NCBI GenBank assembly: GCA_963775295.1
Contig: CAVZIK010000006.1
Coordinates: 762,218-826,217 of the forward strand
Direction: 5' to 3'
Origin: an uncultured Actinomycetes bacterium
GTDB lineage: Bacteria; Actinomycetota; Thermoleophilia; RBG-16-64-13
DNA: 64,000 bases
Shown here: positions 46,966 through 57,114 of the stretch, piece by piece
Position numbering within the stretch: position 1 is the first letter of the stretch
Layout of the letters: each line of letters opens with the position of its first letter
Notes under the pieces: model-generated
Seen by the model: the letters and a program-made list of their open reading frames with translations, nothing else
Database searches by the model: none
Told to the model about the DNA's origin: nothing
Position numbers and translations under genes: made by a program

Positions 46966-48293
46966 GGTCTTGCTGGCTTGCCTGGATATCAGTGAAACCT
47001 GGGCCACGGGCAGCGGGATCGGCAGTGCTCTGCGGACTGCTGCTGGTCGCACTGGCTCTTGTCCTAGCGTCGTGCGGCTCTGCCCCTTCTCCTCCTGGTC
47101 CTGCTGCGACCGTGTCGACAACGTCGAGTTCTTACACCACCGGGGCAGTCCCGTCCACAACAACGAGCGCTTTCACCGGCGGTCCTTCTGCCTCTGATCT
47201 TCCGGGCGCTTTTCCCACAAGCCTGAATGTGGGCGATCGGGTGCTGCACATGCGTAGGTCGTTTACCGCGCTCGCCGCCCCAGGCGTCGAGACCGATGAC
47301 TACTGGCAGCAGCCTTCGACAGGGAAGTTCCATGAGGAAGCGGTACGACCGGCGTGGTTTCAGGAGTTCAAAGTGTTCACCGGAGATCGAGTGCAGGGCT
47401 ACCGCCTGGAGAAGCTGAGCAACGGAGCCAACCAGGCATACGACTTTTCCTACAACGCGTACATGGCCTCGATCCTTGAAAACAAGACGGATCCCAAATC
47501 CTTCGACCAAGGAGAGATCGGGAACCGGGTGACGGAGATCAAACAGGCGGTGGCATCGGGTGACCTTCAGGAGGTCGGTTCGGAGACCAGGGACGGGCGC
47601 ATCCTTGTCCAATACGAGGGCGTTGTTTCGACGACCGCGTTGCGCAGAGCAGTTCTGGTCGACCAGGCCACGGGCTTTCCCCTTGAGGACAAGGACTATC
47701 GCGCTGATGGGGTTCTCTACGACTCTCAAACGTTTGATCTCGAGGTTCTTGATGACGCGGACGTAGTCGACTTGTTTGCCCCTCTGGCGTTTCCCGAGGG
47801 TGTGAAGGTGATGAAGGATGAGGATCTGCCCGTGTCGCCGGTTACCGGGACGGAGGCATCGTTGCAGCTTCTGAAGGAGGCGGCGGCGCGAGTATCCTTC
47901 CCGCTCTTCTACCTCGGCTGGTCCTATCAGCAACTTCCACTTGAGCTCGTCAACGGCGGGCAGGCTCTGCGAACGTCTGCGCCACTTGAATCTGTGAGCC
48001 TGTCGTACAGGGGAACCGACGCAGGTGGGCTTGTAGATGTGGGAGTGCTTGAGTTTGATCCCGCCGTCACAGAAAGGCTGCACAAACCGTTCTCGGGCTG
48101 GACCGTGGTCGAGAAGGTCAAGGTCGGAAATCAGATCGATGTGATCTACCGGGCGAGTGACGCGGGACATTACCTCTTCTACGTAACTTTGCGCGGCAAC
48201 ACCGAGATCGATATCTATGGCATGACGAAGACCGGAGGCGCAACTGCGTCCGAGCTTACAGAGATCGCCAAGTCGCTGGTGCCGTTCCCGTAG
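46962..48293 (+). CDS. putative lipoprotein (lipobox LVLASCG), co-transcribed with the serpin
   Basis: ATGA overlap with the serpin stop; Ser/Thr-rich linker. Confidence 0.6.
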   Translation: MRSCWLAWISVKPGPRAAGSAVLCGLLLVALALVLASCGSAPSPPGPAATVSTTSSSYTTGAVPSTTTSAFTGGPSASDLPGAFPTSLNVGDRVLHMRRSFTALAAPGVETDDYWQQPSTGKFHEEAVRPAWFQEFKVFTGDRVQGYRLEKLSNGANQAYDFSYNAYMASILENKTDPKSFDQGEIGNRVTEIKQAVASGDLQEVGSETRDGRILVQYEGVVSTTALRRAVLVDQATGFPLEDKDYRADGVLYDSQTFDLEVLDDADVVDLFAPLAFPEGVKVMKDEDLPVSPVTGTEASLQLLKEAAARVSFPLFYLGWSYQQLPLELVNGGQALRTSAPLESVSLSYRGTDAGGLVDVGVLEFDPAVTERLHKPFSGWTVVEKVKVGNQIDVIYRASDAGHYLFYVTLRGNTEIDIYGMTKTGGATASELTEIAKSLVPFP

Positions 48294-48338
48294 GGACGCC
48301 CCATCGGCAACGGCTCTCAGAGTATCTAGACCGCGTTG

Positions 48339-48375
48339 ATAACCATTTCAGGCCTACCGGAAATATGATGAGCGA
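48339..48375 (+). promoter_or_regulatory. regulon promoter-like motif copy 10 (degenerate): GATAACCATTTCAGGCCTACCGGAAATATGATGAGCG
   Basis: Keeps the TAAC…TTTC…CCGGAaATATGATGAG blocks. Confidence 0.3.
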
Positions 48376-48446
48376 GACGAGTCCCGATCGGGGAGGGTGC
48401 GAAGCATTGTGCCGATCTATCCTGCCGAACCCGGGAGAGACGGGAG

Positions 48447-48785
48447 ATGGCATCTAGGAAGCTAAAGATGGGACCGACGCCGATGCCGGTGGTGCTCGCC
48501 TTTGCGCTCCTTCCCGCGCCTGCTATTGCCGCAGCGGGTCGTGGGACCGCCCCATTGTCGAGGAACGCTTCGGCGAGAATCATCGCACGGCCCTTGACCA
48601 GCGCGGCTTCGCTTCCTTCAACAACCCTCTCCACCCCGGCGGAGTCGTCCATTGCCTATCGGGAGATCCTGCGAAGTCGCCGATATCGAGTCCTATGGTG
48701 GCCTGACGGCCAGCGAGCGGGTCGGGTAGAGCAACGGTATCGAGTACTCAAATGGGAGGTCTCTGAGGGTGAGGGGTTTCAATAG
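48447..48785 (+). CDS. small secreted hypothetical protein (signal peptide)
   Basis: ORF track; VVLAFALLPAPAIAAAG. Confidence 0.35.
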   Translation: MASRKLKMGPTPMPVVLAFALLPAPAIAAAGRGTAPLSRNASARIIARPLTSAASLPSTTLSTPAESSIAYREILRSRRYRVLWWPDGQRAGRVEQRYRVLKWEVSEGEGFQ

Positions 48786-49070
48786 GTCGATAAGGCTATT
48801 GGGAGGGCCATCGTCATCGTCGGCCTGAAAGACATGCGATTTGCCCCTCGCATTCCGGAGTCACATCATCCATGAGGCGGGATGTCGGGATGCAGCCCGT
48901 GTACTACACTCACATTCGGCGCATTTACCGTCATCAGGTTGCGTCGCGGCCCAAGGCAATGCCTCGTCACGTCCAGCGCGCAGTCCCCGGTCTTGGCAGC
49001 CAAGCGTCGGCTGACCCGTACTTTTCGGGCAACTATCGTATCCCTGGCTATGGGGTGAAAGCCGACATAA

Positions 49071-49120
49071 GTACGCCCCTACCGAAATGCCAAACGGTGA
49101 TATAGGGTGGACAAAATTGC
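49071..49120 (+). promoter_or_regulatory. copy E of the recurring ~55-nt motif (GTACGCCCCTACCGAAATGCCAAACGGTGATATAGGGTGGACAAAATTGC), upstream of the CaCA gene
   Basis: Aligns best with copy D. Confidence 0.4.
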
Positions 49121-49188
49121 CCGTTGATTGGCTTCCAAACGAGGCTTGTCCTTTACTTCGGTCGGACGGGAACATTGAGGGAGGGTGA

Positions 49189-50157
49189 ATGTCTCTGGCT
49201 CTGTGGATTGTCGTCCTGGTTGTTTCGCTCCTTGCCCTCGTCAAGTCGGCGGACTTGTTCACCGAGGGTGCTGAAGAACTGGGGGTCGTGCTGGGCGTGC
49301 CTTCGTTTGTGGTGGGTGTAACCATCGTTGCGATCGGCACTTCTCTGCCGGAGTTGGTGAGTTCAATATTCGCCGTGGTCGAGGGTTCGCCCGAGATCGT
49401 GGTGGGCAATGCGGTGGGGTCGAATGTCACCAACATCTTCTTGGTCCTGGGCTTCGCTGCCATTCTTGGCGGCCGCCTATTCGTCCGTCGGGAGATCGTG
49501 AAGATCGATCTGCCCATGCTCGCAAGCTCCGCAGCTCTTCTGGGACTCACTGCTCTAGATGGCACGATATCGCGAGTCGACGGACTCCTTCTTCTGGCAG
49601 GGGCCTTTATCTACGCGGTGTACGGCTTTCGCATATCCCGTCCCAGTCCGGAAACCAGGGCGGACATCGAGGAATCGGTCGCCGAGGACATCAAGCTCGA
49701 ACGTGGCCGCCTGCGCCCCCTGGCGGTACTCAAGCTCATCGGCGGAGTCGTGGTTCTCTACTTCGCGGCCGAGTACACCATCAAGTCGGTGATCGAGCTG
49801 TCGGCTTTGCTCAACGTGGGCTCCGACGTCATCGCGATCTCCGCTGTGGCTCTCGGTACCTCGCTGCCTGAATTGGTCGTCAGCGTGGTCGCGGCCCGTC
49901 GAGGGAAGCTGGAGATCGCCATTGGCAACGTTCTTGGGTCCAACGTCTTCAACGCGTTTGCGGTTGTCGGCATACCCGCGCTGATCGCGCCGCTTCCTGT
50001 GACGCACACCGTTCTTACCGTCGGTCTCCCGTTCATGGGTGTCGCGACGGTCCTCTATTTCTTCATGGCGCAGGATCGCGAGGTGACGAGGTGGGAGGGA
50101 ATGCCGCTCGTCCTCTTCTATATCTTGTTCTTGGGGAGGTTGTTCAAGCTGTTCTAG
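49189..50157 (+). CDS. Ca2+/cation antiporter (CaCA family, YrbG-like Na+/Ca2+ exchanger)
   Basis: Two alpha-repeats: GTSLPELVSSIFAV…GNAVGSNVTNIF and GTSLPELVVSVVAA…GNVLGSNVFNAF. Confidence 0.9.
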   Translation: MSLALWIVVLVVSLLALVKSADLFTEGAEELGVVLGVPSFVVGVTIVAIGTSLPELVSSIFAVVEGSPEIVVGNAVGSNVTNIFLVLGFAAILGGRLFVRREIVKIDLPMLASSAALLGLTALDGTISRVDGLLLLAGAFIYAVYGFRISRPSPETRADIEESVAEDIKLERGRLRPLAVLKLIGGVVVLYFAAEYTIKSVIELSALLNVGSDVIAISAVALGTSLPELVVSVVAARRGKLEIAIGNVLGSNVFNAFAVVGIPALIAPLPVTHTVLTVGLPFMGVATVLYFFMAQDREVTRWEGMPLVLFYILFLGRLFKLF

Positions 50158-50865
50158 GAGGGGCCGGCAGACGCCATCAACGATGGTCGGGGATCCGAAG
50201 CGTGGAGCCCCGACTAGAAGATACGTCGATTGACTTCGCTTCGCGCTTAGCGCCGCGCTGCTCCAGTCGCTGATATCCGTCATCATCTGATCCATATCAC
50301 CGGCGCATGCTTGTTTCTGTTCCGTGTGCGCGTCGGCGGATAGCAGAGCTTGCGCCTCATTGAGCCGACCATCGTTCGCCAGCCCTAAAACCTGACGTTC
50401 CATGTTCGCCAGCACGGAGTTGGCGGCGGCCATGGGCGCAGACATCGTCAGCGCCTTGTCCAGCCGCGTCCTTTCTCCGTGGAGTCGTTGGACGCTCATG
50501 GCTCGTTGCCGGGTGCGCTCGGCGAAACCCATCCCTTCGTGGACCTGTTATCCCAGTCCAGCGCATGGCGCGACAGTGGCGGCCATCGCCTCAACGGCCG
50601 AAGATCGAGAGCACCTTTATCGTCGCGTCGAGCCCGATTCATCAATCTGCTCCAGCTTTCTTCGGTTCATCTTTTCAGTATTATCGACAAGGTGCTCGTG
50701 GATGGTGAGGGGCGCGCACCATCCGACGAGGGTATGTAGTCGGCACGGGCCTCAATCGAACTCCGTTAACCTCGGGGAAAGCGGGTGTTCGGTTGTTACG
50801 CGTGCTGACGAAGTACCCCTGTATCCGCGGGCGTCTCGCGCGAGGTCTTTCACCCCTCGAAGCCT

Positions 50866-52809
50866 ATGGCGGCAGCGTGGGAGATACAACGGCCACGTCT
50901 GCCCCTGCGGGGAGGGGGTGAACAGAGTCGACGCATTGCCTTTCCTCAAGTTTCCGACCTTGGTTCAAGGAGGCTGACGTCTGAGTCGATAGTAGGAGCA
51001 GTGACTCGAATCGTGGGGGCGGCAGGCGTGGCAGACAGAAATTGTGACGAGCAGAGCCTGCGGAATCATCAGACCATCTTCGCCGGTGAACGAATCGTGC
51101 CGATCACCGCCTTCGCGGAGGGGTGTGATTGCTCTGTGCTGCTTAAAACCGCGATAGACGGTTTCGCCTACTGCCAGATGATCTACGACGCAGCGGGGCA
51201 ACCGCTTGACTGGATCTATCTTGCGGTCAATCCGGCGTTCGTCCACCTGACAGGTCTCACGGAGATCGTGGGCAAGACCGCAACGGAGGCGATCCCAGGG
51301 ATCAAGGACTTCTCCCCCGAGCTATTCGAGGTCTATGGGAGAGTAGCCTCCGGCAACGGGCCGGAAGCCTTGGAGATCGACTTTCGTCCCCTTTCCATGT
51401 GGCTTCGCATCGCCGTGTCGAGTCCCTCCCCGAGATATTTCTTCACATTCTTTGAGGACATTACCGAGCAGAAGAAGATGCAAGCCACAAATCGGCTGTC
51501 GCAGCTGTCTCTGGATCGCTCCGCCGACATGATTCACTGGCTCAGGCCGGACGGCCGCATCACCTACACGAGCGAGTCAGCCCTCCGGCGAATCGGTCGA
51601 TCAGAAGAAGAGGTTCCTGGTCTCACGGTGTTCGATCTCGATCCGGCCATGAGCCCCGAGCTCTGGGCGGCCCAATGGCGCGATCTCAAGGCAGCCGGTT
51701 CCCTCTCGTTTGAGACGGTGCACGTCACCAAGGAAGGCGAGATCTTCCCTGTGGAAGTGACAGCAAACTACCTTGACCTCGATGGGGAGGAATACAGCTT
51801 CGCTTTCACCCGGGATATCAGTGACCGTCGCAAGCTGGAAGGGTCGCTTCGCTTGACCCAGCTCTCCGTTGACCGAGCCGCGGATCTCATCCACTGGATG
51901 GATCCAGACGGCCGCCTTCTGTACGTAAGCGATTCAACCTGCCTTCGACACGGATATTCCCGCGAAGAATTGCTTCAGATGACCATATTCGATCTCGACC
52001 CGCTCCAGACCCGCACGACCTGGGGCGAACACTGGAAAGACCTGCAGCAAGGCGAGTCCCGGAGCTTCGAGTCCGTGCACGTTACGAAAGAGGGGGAGGT
52101 CTTCCCAGTCGAAGTGGTGGCCAACTATGTGCGTCAAGGTGACAAGGAGTTCAACTTCGGCTTTGCGAGGGATATCACTCGACGCAAGCGGGCAGAGCAG
52201 GAGCTCAGTAAGGCAAAGGCCGCGCTTCAATCCCAAAATCGCGAACTCGAGGAGGCGGGGCGCCGTCTGATGGAGGCAAACCGCGAGTTGGTCAGAACCC
52301 GAGATGCGCTTGCTGTGCAGGCCCGCACGGATCCTTTGACAGGTTGCCTCAATCGGGGCGCCGTCCTGGCGAGACTGGATGAGGAGGTGGCGCGCGCCGA
52401 CCGAGAACGAAGTTCGGTTGCCGTGGCCATGCTCGACATAGACCACTTCAAGGACGTCAATGACACCTTTGGGCACCCGGCAGGCGATCGTGTTCTTTGC
52501 GAGGTCGTGGCGCGATCTCTTGGCGCCTTGCGGCCGTACGACGTCTTCGGCCGGATCGGAGGGGAAGAATTCCTCTTGGTGGTTCTAGGCGTGCAGCGAG
52601 ATGGGGCCCAAGAGATCGCGGAGAGGGTACGGCACGCCATCGAAGCCGAACCTGTGCTCGTCGACGGAACGTTGATTCCAGTGACTGCGAGCATGGGTGC
52701 AGCGGTGCGAGACGCGGAGTCCTCGGACGCTCTCATACGTTTGGCGGACGGAGCCTTGTACGAAGCCAAGGCCCACGGCCGCAACCGTGTTGAGATGGCC
52801 ATACAGTGA
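50866..52809 (+). CDS. multi-PAS sensor diguanylate cyclase (GGDEF; active-site motif GGEEF)
   Basis: About 3 PAS/PAC blocks, coiled coil, then DPLTGCLNRGAVL…HFKDVNDTFGHPAGD…RIGGEEFLLV; exact start uncertain. Confidence 0.8.
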   Translation: MAAAWEIQRPRLPLRGGGEQSRRIAFPQVSDLGSRRLTSESIVGAVTRIVGAAGVADRNCDEQSLRNHQTIFAGERIVPITAFAEGCDCSVLLKTAIDGFAYCQMIYDAAGQPLDWIYLAVNPAFVHLTGLTEIVGKTATEAIPGIKDFSPELFEVYGRVASGNGPEALEIDFRPLSMWLRIAVSSPSPRYFFTFFEDITEQKKMQATNRLSQLSLDRSADMIHWLRPDGRITYTSESALRRIGRSEEEVPGLTVFDLDPAMSPELWAAQWRDLKAAGSLSFETVHVTKEGEIFPVEVTANYLDLDGEEYSFAFTRDISDRRKLEGSLRLTQLSVDRAADLIHWMDPDGRLLYVSDSTCLRHGYSREELLQMTIFDLDPLQTRTTWGEHWKDLQQGESRSFESVHVTKEGEVFPVEVVANYVRQGDKEFNFGFARDITRRKRAEQELSKAKAALQSQNRELEEAGRRLMEANRELVRTRDALAVQARTDPLTGCLNRGAVLARLDEEVARADRERSSVAVAMLDIDHFKDVNDTFGHPAGDRVLCEVVARSLGALRPYDVFGRIGGEEFLLVVLGVQRDGAQEIAERVRHAIEAEPVLVDGTLIPVTASMGAAVRDAESSDALIRLADGALYEAKAHGRNRVEMAIQ

Positions 52810-52974
52810 GAAGTCGGAGAAACTCGCTGTCCGACCCGGAGGGCTCATTGATGACATGAGCGGACCCACAGCGCACTCGTCCTCCGCCACGTCTCGAGGT
52901 GTTCTCCCTTCAAGTTTGCGCTACTGTGAAGCCCAAGCCTTCGAGGGTGCTGTTTGCCACAAGGGGAGGATGAG

Positions 52975-53616
52975 GTGGGATTTGGAAGGACAGCGGCGTG
53001 CTTCGGCATCGGGTTCGTGGTTCTTGAGGTTGCCGGTTTCGTCTTGTGGGGGTCTCCTCCCGCCACCGGGGCTTCGGCAAGCGAGATCATCAGGTATTTC
53101 GCCGAGGCAGGAAGTTCGCCCAAGATCGGAACAGTCTTGAACGCGTTGGCATACACCCTTGCGATGCCGTTCATTGTCGGCTTCGTACTCCCGTTCTTGA
53201 AGAAGGATCGGGAATACGGTGAGGGCTACGGATGGCTGGTGTTCGGCGGTTTCCTCGTAACGGGAGCCACGGCGCTGGTCGGTCTCAGCGCCTCGTTCGC
53301 CCAGGTCCTGCGTGGGGGTGCCCAGTTGGACGCAGCAACCATCCGCGCTCTGTCGGATCTGTCGAACATGGCATACGGACTGGCGATTCTCTTCATGGTT
53401 GTCTGGGCGGGAGCCGCCGCCGTGGCCGTCTTCAGGCGGCGAGTGATGCCCCGGTGGTTTGGGATCTTCAGCGTACTTGCGGCTCTGGGCGGGTTCACAG
53501 GCATCGTCAGCGTTGCGAGCACGCGCCTGGGAATGGTCATCGACGTAGGCTTCGTCTTGCTAGTGTTGTGGGTTCTCGGGGCCAGCGTCGCCATGCTGCG
53601 GGAGGTGCCCTCATGA
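52975..53616 (+). CDS. polytopic membrane protein (about 6 TM helices)
   Basis: GTG after GGGGAGGA (the track uses TTG 52954); strongly hydrophobic. Confidence 0.45.
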   Translation: MGFGRTAACFGIGFVVLEVAGFVLWGSPPATGASASEIIRYFAEAGSSPKIGTVLNALAYTLAMPFIVGFVLPFLKKDREYGEGYGWLVFGGFLVTGATALVGLSASFAQVLRGGAQLDAATIRALSDLSNMAYGLAILFMVVWAGAAAVAVFRRRVMPRWFGIFSVLAALGGFTGIVSVASTRLGMVIDVGFVLLVLWVLGASVAMLREVPS

Positions 53617-54527
53617 GTGTCCATTGGTCAAGCGATATGGCGGGCGAGACGAAGTCTGGCGCGAAAGAAGGCGTCGCGACCCCCAGCGAACCCCGGAACG
53701 AGCGGATGAACGCCGCTCTCTGTCGTTCTGCGTTGGAAGCAGTCGAGCTGGATTATCCTGTTGTGGCAGTCAAGTTCTCGGCCACCGAACCGGCGGACCT
53801 TCCACGGCTTGGCAAGAGAATCGCGTTTTGTGCCATGCTCAAGGAAGCTCAGGACGCCGGTGCGTTCTATGCTTCGCAGGATGAGCACGGCTGTATGGCC
53901 GGTTCCTTCGTGCTTGGGCAGATAGGACACGACCCGGTTTTGGAGAGCGGTCGGCTGGGACCCGCCATCGGCGTGTACGAGAGCGCCGAGGCGAACAGGC
54001 GTGTCTACGCCGAGCTGATCCGGTTTCCCGAGGGCAGCGCTCCGTATACTCTCTTTGCGCGTCTGGAGGACCTGAGCTTCGACCCGGATCTACTCATCAT
54101 CGTCGCAAAACCCTCACAGGCGGAGGTCATCCTTCGCGCCCACGGCTACAAGACCGGCGCCGCTTGGGAGATGCGAGGGACTACGGTGATCGGCTGCGCC
54201 TGCTTGTACGCTCAGCCGCATCTCACGGGGAAGATGAACATCCTGATCTCTGGGCTCCACCATGGCATGAGAGCGCGCAATCTGTTTCCGGAGGGTCTGC
54301 TGCTCATGGCGATTCCCTCCCCCCTCATTCCGGATATTCTTGAGAGCCTCGTCGCCATGGATGCCAAGGGTCTCATCGATCTGCCCCAGTACCATTGGGG
54401 GAAGGATGTCCACGAGAGCTACATGCGTAAGCTTGCCGAGAGTCTGGCGCAGCAGCAAGAGCTTCCGGACGCGGATGCACGAAAGGTCGACCCGACGACT
54501 GGGTCCAGGAGACCGGGACTTCGCTAG
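53613..54527 (+). CDS. DUF169-like (COG2043) protein, tentative
   Basis: ATGA overlap with the upstream gene; …AFCAMLKEAQDAGAFYASQDEHGCMAGSFVLGQ… resembles DUF169 proteins; recalled from memory, not searched. Confidence 0.5.
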   Translation: MSVHWSSDMAGETKSGAKEGVATPSEPRNERMNAALCRSALEAVELDYPVVAVKFSATEPADLPRLGKRIAFCAMLKEAQDAGAFYASQDEHGCMAGSFVLGQIGHDPVLESGRLGPAIGVYESAEANRRVYAELIRFPEGSAPYTLFARLEDLSFDPDLLIIVAKPSQAEVILRAHGYKTGAAWEMRGTTVIGCACLYAQPHLTGKMNILISGLHHGMRARNLFPEGLLLMAIPSPLIPDILESLVAMDAKGLIDLPQYHWGKDVHESYMRKLAESLAQQQELPDADARKVDPTTGSRRPGLR

Positions 54528-55004
54528 AGATGGCTGCTGAAAAGCGTAACCACGGCTGCCAAGACGCGCAGGCTGGCACGACGGAGCGTCCTCGGTCGCG
54601 CAAATAGCGCGGCTATTCGCCCTCCCCGCGTTCTCTCCTCGTCCGCGGTCATCGTGTCTTGACAGCGCACGGCCATTCTTCGGCCGCCTACTAGCTGCAC
54701 TTGACCCGAGCTGGCGGTACGACGTCTAGGGCGTCACGTTAATCTTGCGAAGGCGTTTGCCCAAGAATCCCTTCCCATCACCGCGATGCCCGAGAGCACC
54801 ACAAGCTGGAGTCGGAGGGAAACCTGGCCGGAGTCGCGATTCGCTGTTTGAGAAGGTGCAGAGTCCACTTAACTGGTGTCAACATCTAGATGGTAGTACA
54901 GTTGCGCCACGCGGGAATCTCCGTCGCCCGACCCTTGAGAAACGGAGATCGAACGTGACAAGAATGGTCTTAGCGCGACGTGCGCATAACGCGGGAGGGC
55001 TGAC

Positions 55005-56705
55005 ATGGCAGGTAGGAAGAAGGTCGTGGTTATCGGCGGTTCCGCGGCGGGACCGAAAGCCGCCGCGAAAGCGCGGCGCATCGACGAGCACGCCGAGATC
55101 ACCATCATCCAGAGAATACCCGAGCTCTCGATGGCCTCGTGCGGATATCCTTACTATGTAGGGGGTTTCTTCGACGATCGCAACATGCTGCTTTCGAGTC
55201 CCACAGGGGTGGTGCGCGACCCCATCTACTATATGAACGCCAAGCACATCGTGGCCCGCACGGAAACCGAGGCCATATCCATCGACCGCGCCAACAAGAT
55301 TGTGCTCTGCCGAAATCTGGGAACCGGAGAGAACGACGAGATTCCCTACGATTCGCTGGTCTTGGCAACGGGCGCCCTGCCCAACATGCCGCCAGTCCCA
55401 GGCTGCGAACTGGAGGGTATTACCACCCTTCAGAGCATCAGGGACGCGGATTATCTACGCAGGATTCGGGACGAACACAGGATTCAGAAGGCCGTCGTCG
55501 TTGGTGGCGGCTTAATCGGCATGGAGACCTGCGAGGCGCTGAACCTGGCCGGTATCGAGATTACAGTGGTCGAACTGCTCCCCCAATTGCTTACCTTCCT
55601 CGACTGGGAGATGGCCCGTTTGGTGGAGAATCATCTGCGTAGCAAGGCGGTCAACGTTTTTACTGGTAATGGCCTGGCGTCGTTCCTCGGGGAGAACGGC
55701 CGGCTGGTGGGTGTCAAGCTCGCCAACGGCACCGAGCTTCCCTGCGAGTTGGCGGTGATCGCCATCGGAGTGAAGCCCAACAGTCTACTTGCCAAGAAGG
55801 CCGGGCTGGATGTGGGCACCACGGGGGGGATCGTCGTCAACGAGTACATGCAGACCTCCGACCCCGACATCTACGCGGCCGGCGACTGCGTGGAAATCGA
55901 GCATCGCATTACCGGTAAGAAGGTCCACGCACCCTATGGTGACCTCGCCAACCTCGAAGGAAGGGTCGCGGGCGAAAACGCTGTCCTCGGAAACACGGTC
56001 ACATTCCCCGGGACCATCGGCACTGGCATCTGCAAGATATTCGACTTCGCCGTTGGGATCACCGGCCTGAGCGGGTACGGCGCGCTTGCCAACGGCTTCG
56101 ACGACTTCCTCACGGTGATCAATGCCAGCCCTGACAAACCCGGCTTTATGGAGGCGAAGCTCCTCGTGACCAAGCTCGTCGCAGAGCGTTCGACAGGCCG
56201 GATCCTCGGCGCGCAGTGCGTTGGTCCGGGCGCGGTGTCCAAACAAATCGCCCAGTGGTCAATGGCGATCCAGGGCAAACTCACGGTGGACGACGTCGTC
56301 AACGCCGATCTCCCTTATGCGCCGCCGTTCTCTCTTGCCATCGATCACGGCATAGCAACCGCCCATCTCATGCAGAACAAGATGAAGGGGCGCCTCAAGG
56401 GGATCTCCGCCCAGGAAGTGAAAAGAATGACCGAGTCCACGTCGCCCCCGTTCATACTTGACGTGCGCGGGCCGGATGAATTCGAGACGATGAGGCTGGG
56501 GATCGGTGAGACTCTGATCCCGGCTGGCGCCTTGCGCAAGAGGCTTCACGAACTGCCGGTCGACAAGGACAGGGAGATCATCTGTTATTGCAAAATATCG
56601 CTACGAGGGTATGAAGCGGCCCTGATCCTGGAAGCGAACGGTTGGAGGAATGTGCGCGTGATGGAAGGCGGCATCATGGCCTGGCCGTTTGCTCGCGAGA
56701 AGTAG
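55005..56705 (+). CDS. CoA-disulfide reductase / NADH oxidase-family pyridine-nucleotide disulfide oxidoreductase with C-terminal rhodanese domain (CoADR-RHD)
   Basis: FAD motif KKVVVIGGSAAGPKAA; redox Cys in SMASCGYPYYVGG; NAD motif VVVGGGLIGME; C-terminal rhodanese with active Cys (…EIICYCKISLRG…). Confidence 0.9.
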   Translation: MAGRKKVVVIGGSAAGPKAAAKARRIDEHAEITIIQRIPELSMASCGYPYYVGGFFDDRNMLLSSPTGVVRDPIYYMNAKHIVARTETEAISIDRANKIVLCRNLGTGENDEIPYDSLVLATGALPNMPPVPGCELEGITTLQSIRDADYLRRIRDEHRIQKAVVVGGGLIGMETCEALNLAGIEITVVELLPQLLTFLDWEMARLVENHLRSKAVNVFTGNGLASFLGENGRLVGVKLANGTELPCELAVIAIGVKPNSLLAKKAGLDVGTTGGIVVNEYMQTSDPDIYAAGDCVEIEHRITGKKVHAPYGDLANLEGRVAGENAVLGNTVTFPGTIGTGICKIFDFAVGITGLSGYGALANGFDDFLTVINASPDKPGFMEAKLLVTKLVAERSTGRILGAQCVGPGAVSKQIAQWSMAIQGKLTVDDVVNADLPYAPPFSLAIDHGIATAHLMQNKMKGRLKGISAQEVKRMTESTSPPFILDVRGPDEFETMRLGIGETLIPAGALRKRLHELPVDKDREIICYCKISLRGYEAALILEANGWRNVRVMEGGIMAWPFAREK

Positions 56706-57114
56706 TGCGAAGAGAAAGACAGTTATGACACTGGAGCCTGAGACGGGGCGTCAAGCACAGAATTGACGCCCAGTCCCGACTCCCGCGAGAACGTTAACGA
56801 CGATTTCTTGCGCTTCCGTTAGCCTGCATGGCATCGTCCTGCTCCCGCACCGACGCGACACCGTGAGACTCTTGAGGGAAGACGGGCTTGAAGGGAAGAG
56901 GAGTACCTGCGGGTCTTTCTACGCCTGGGGCGTGCTTTCCAAGCCGATGATGCAGATGCATGGGTGGACCTCTGCGGACGTCTCCCCGGCCTTCACCTTG
57001 GCTGTCGCCGTTCCCGCGGTCTGCACTCCTCTCGCGGGGAAGCTGAAGCGATATGTGCGACCGCCAACGTTGCTGCTCGTCCACCATCGCGTTCTCTCCA
57101 AAATCGTCCTCCGC

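Noticed and set aside
49555-50532. 325-aa minus-strand ORF
   Set aside because: About 600 nt of it is antisense to the well-supported CaCA antiporter gene, and it shows no domain signal. The 50160-50870 gap may still hold an unrecognised small gene or regulatory RNA.
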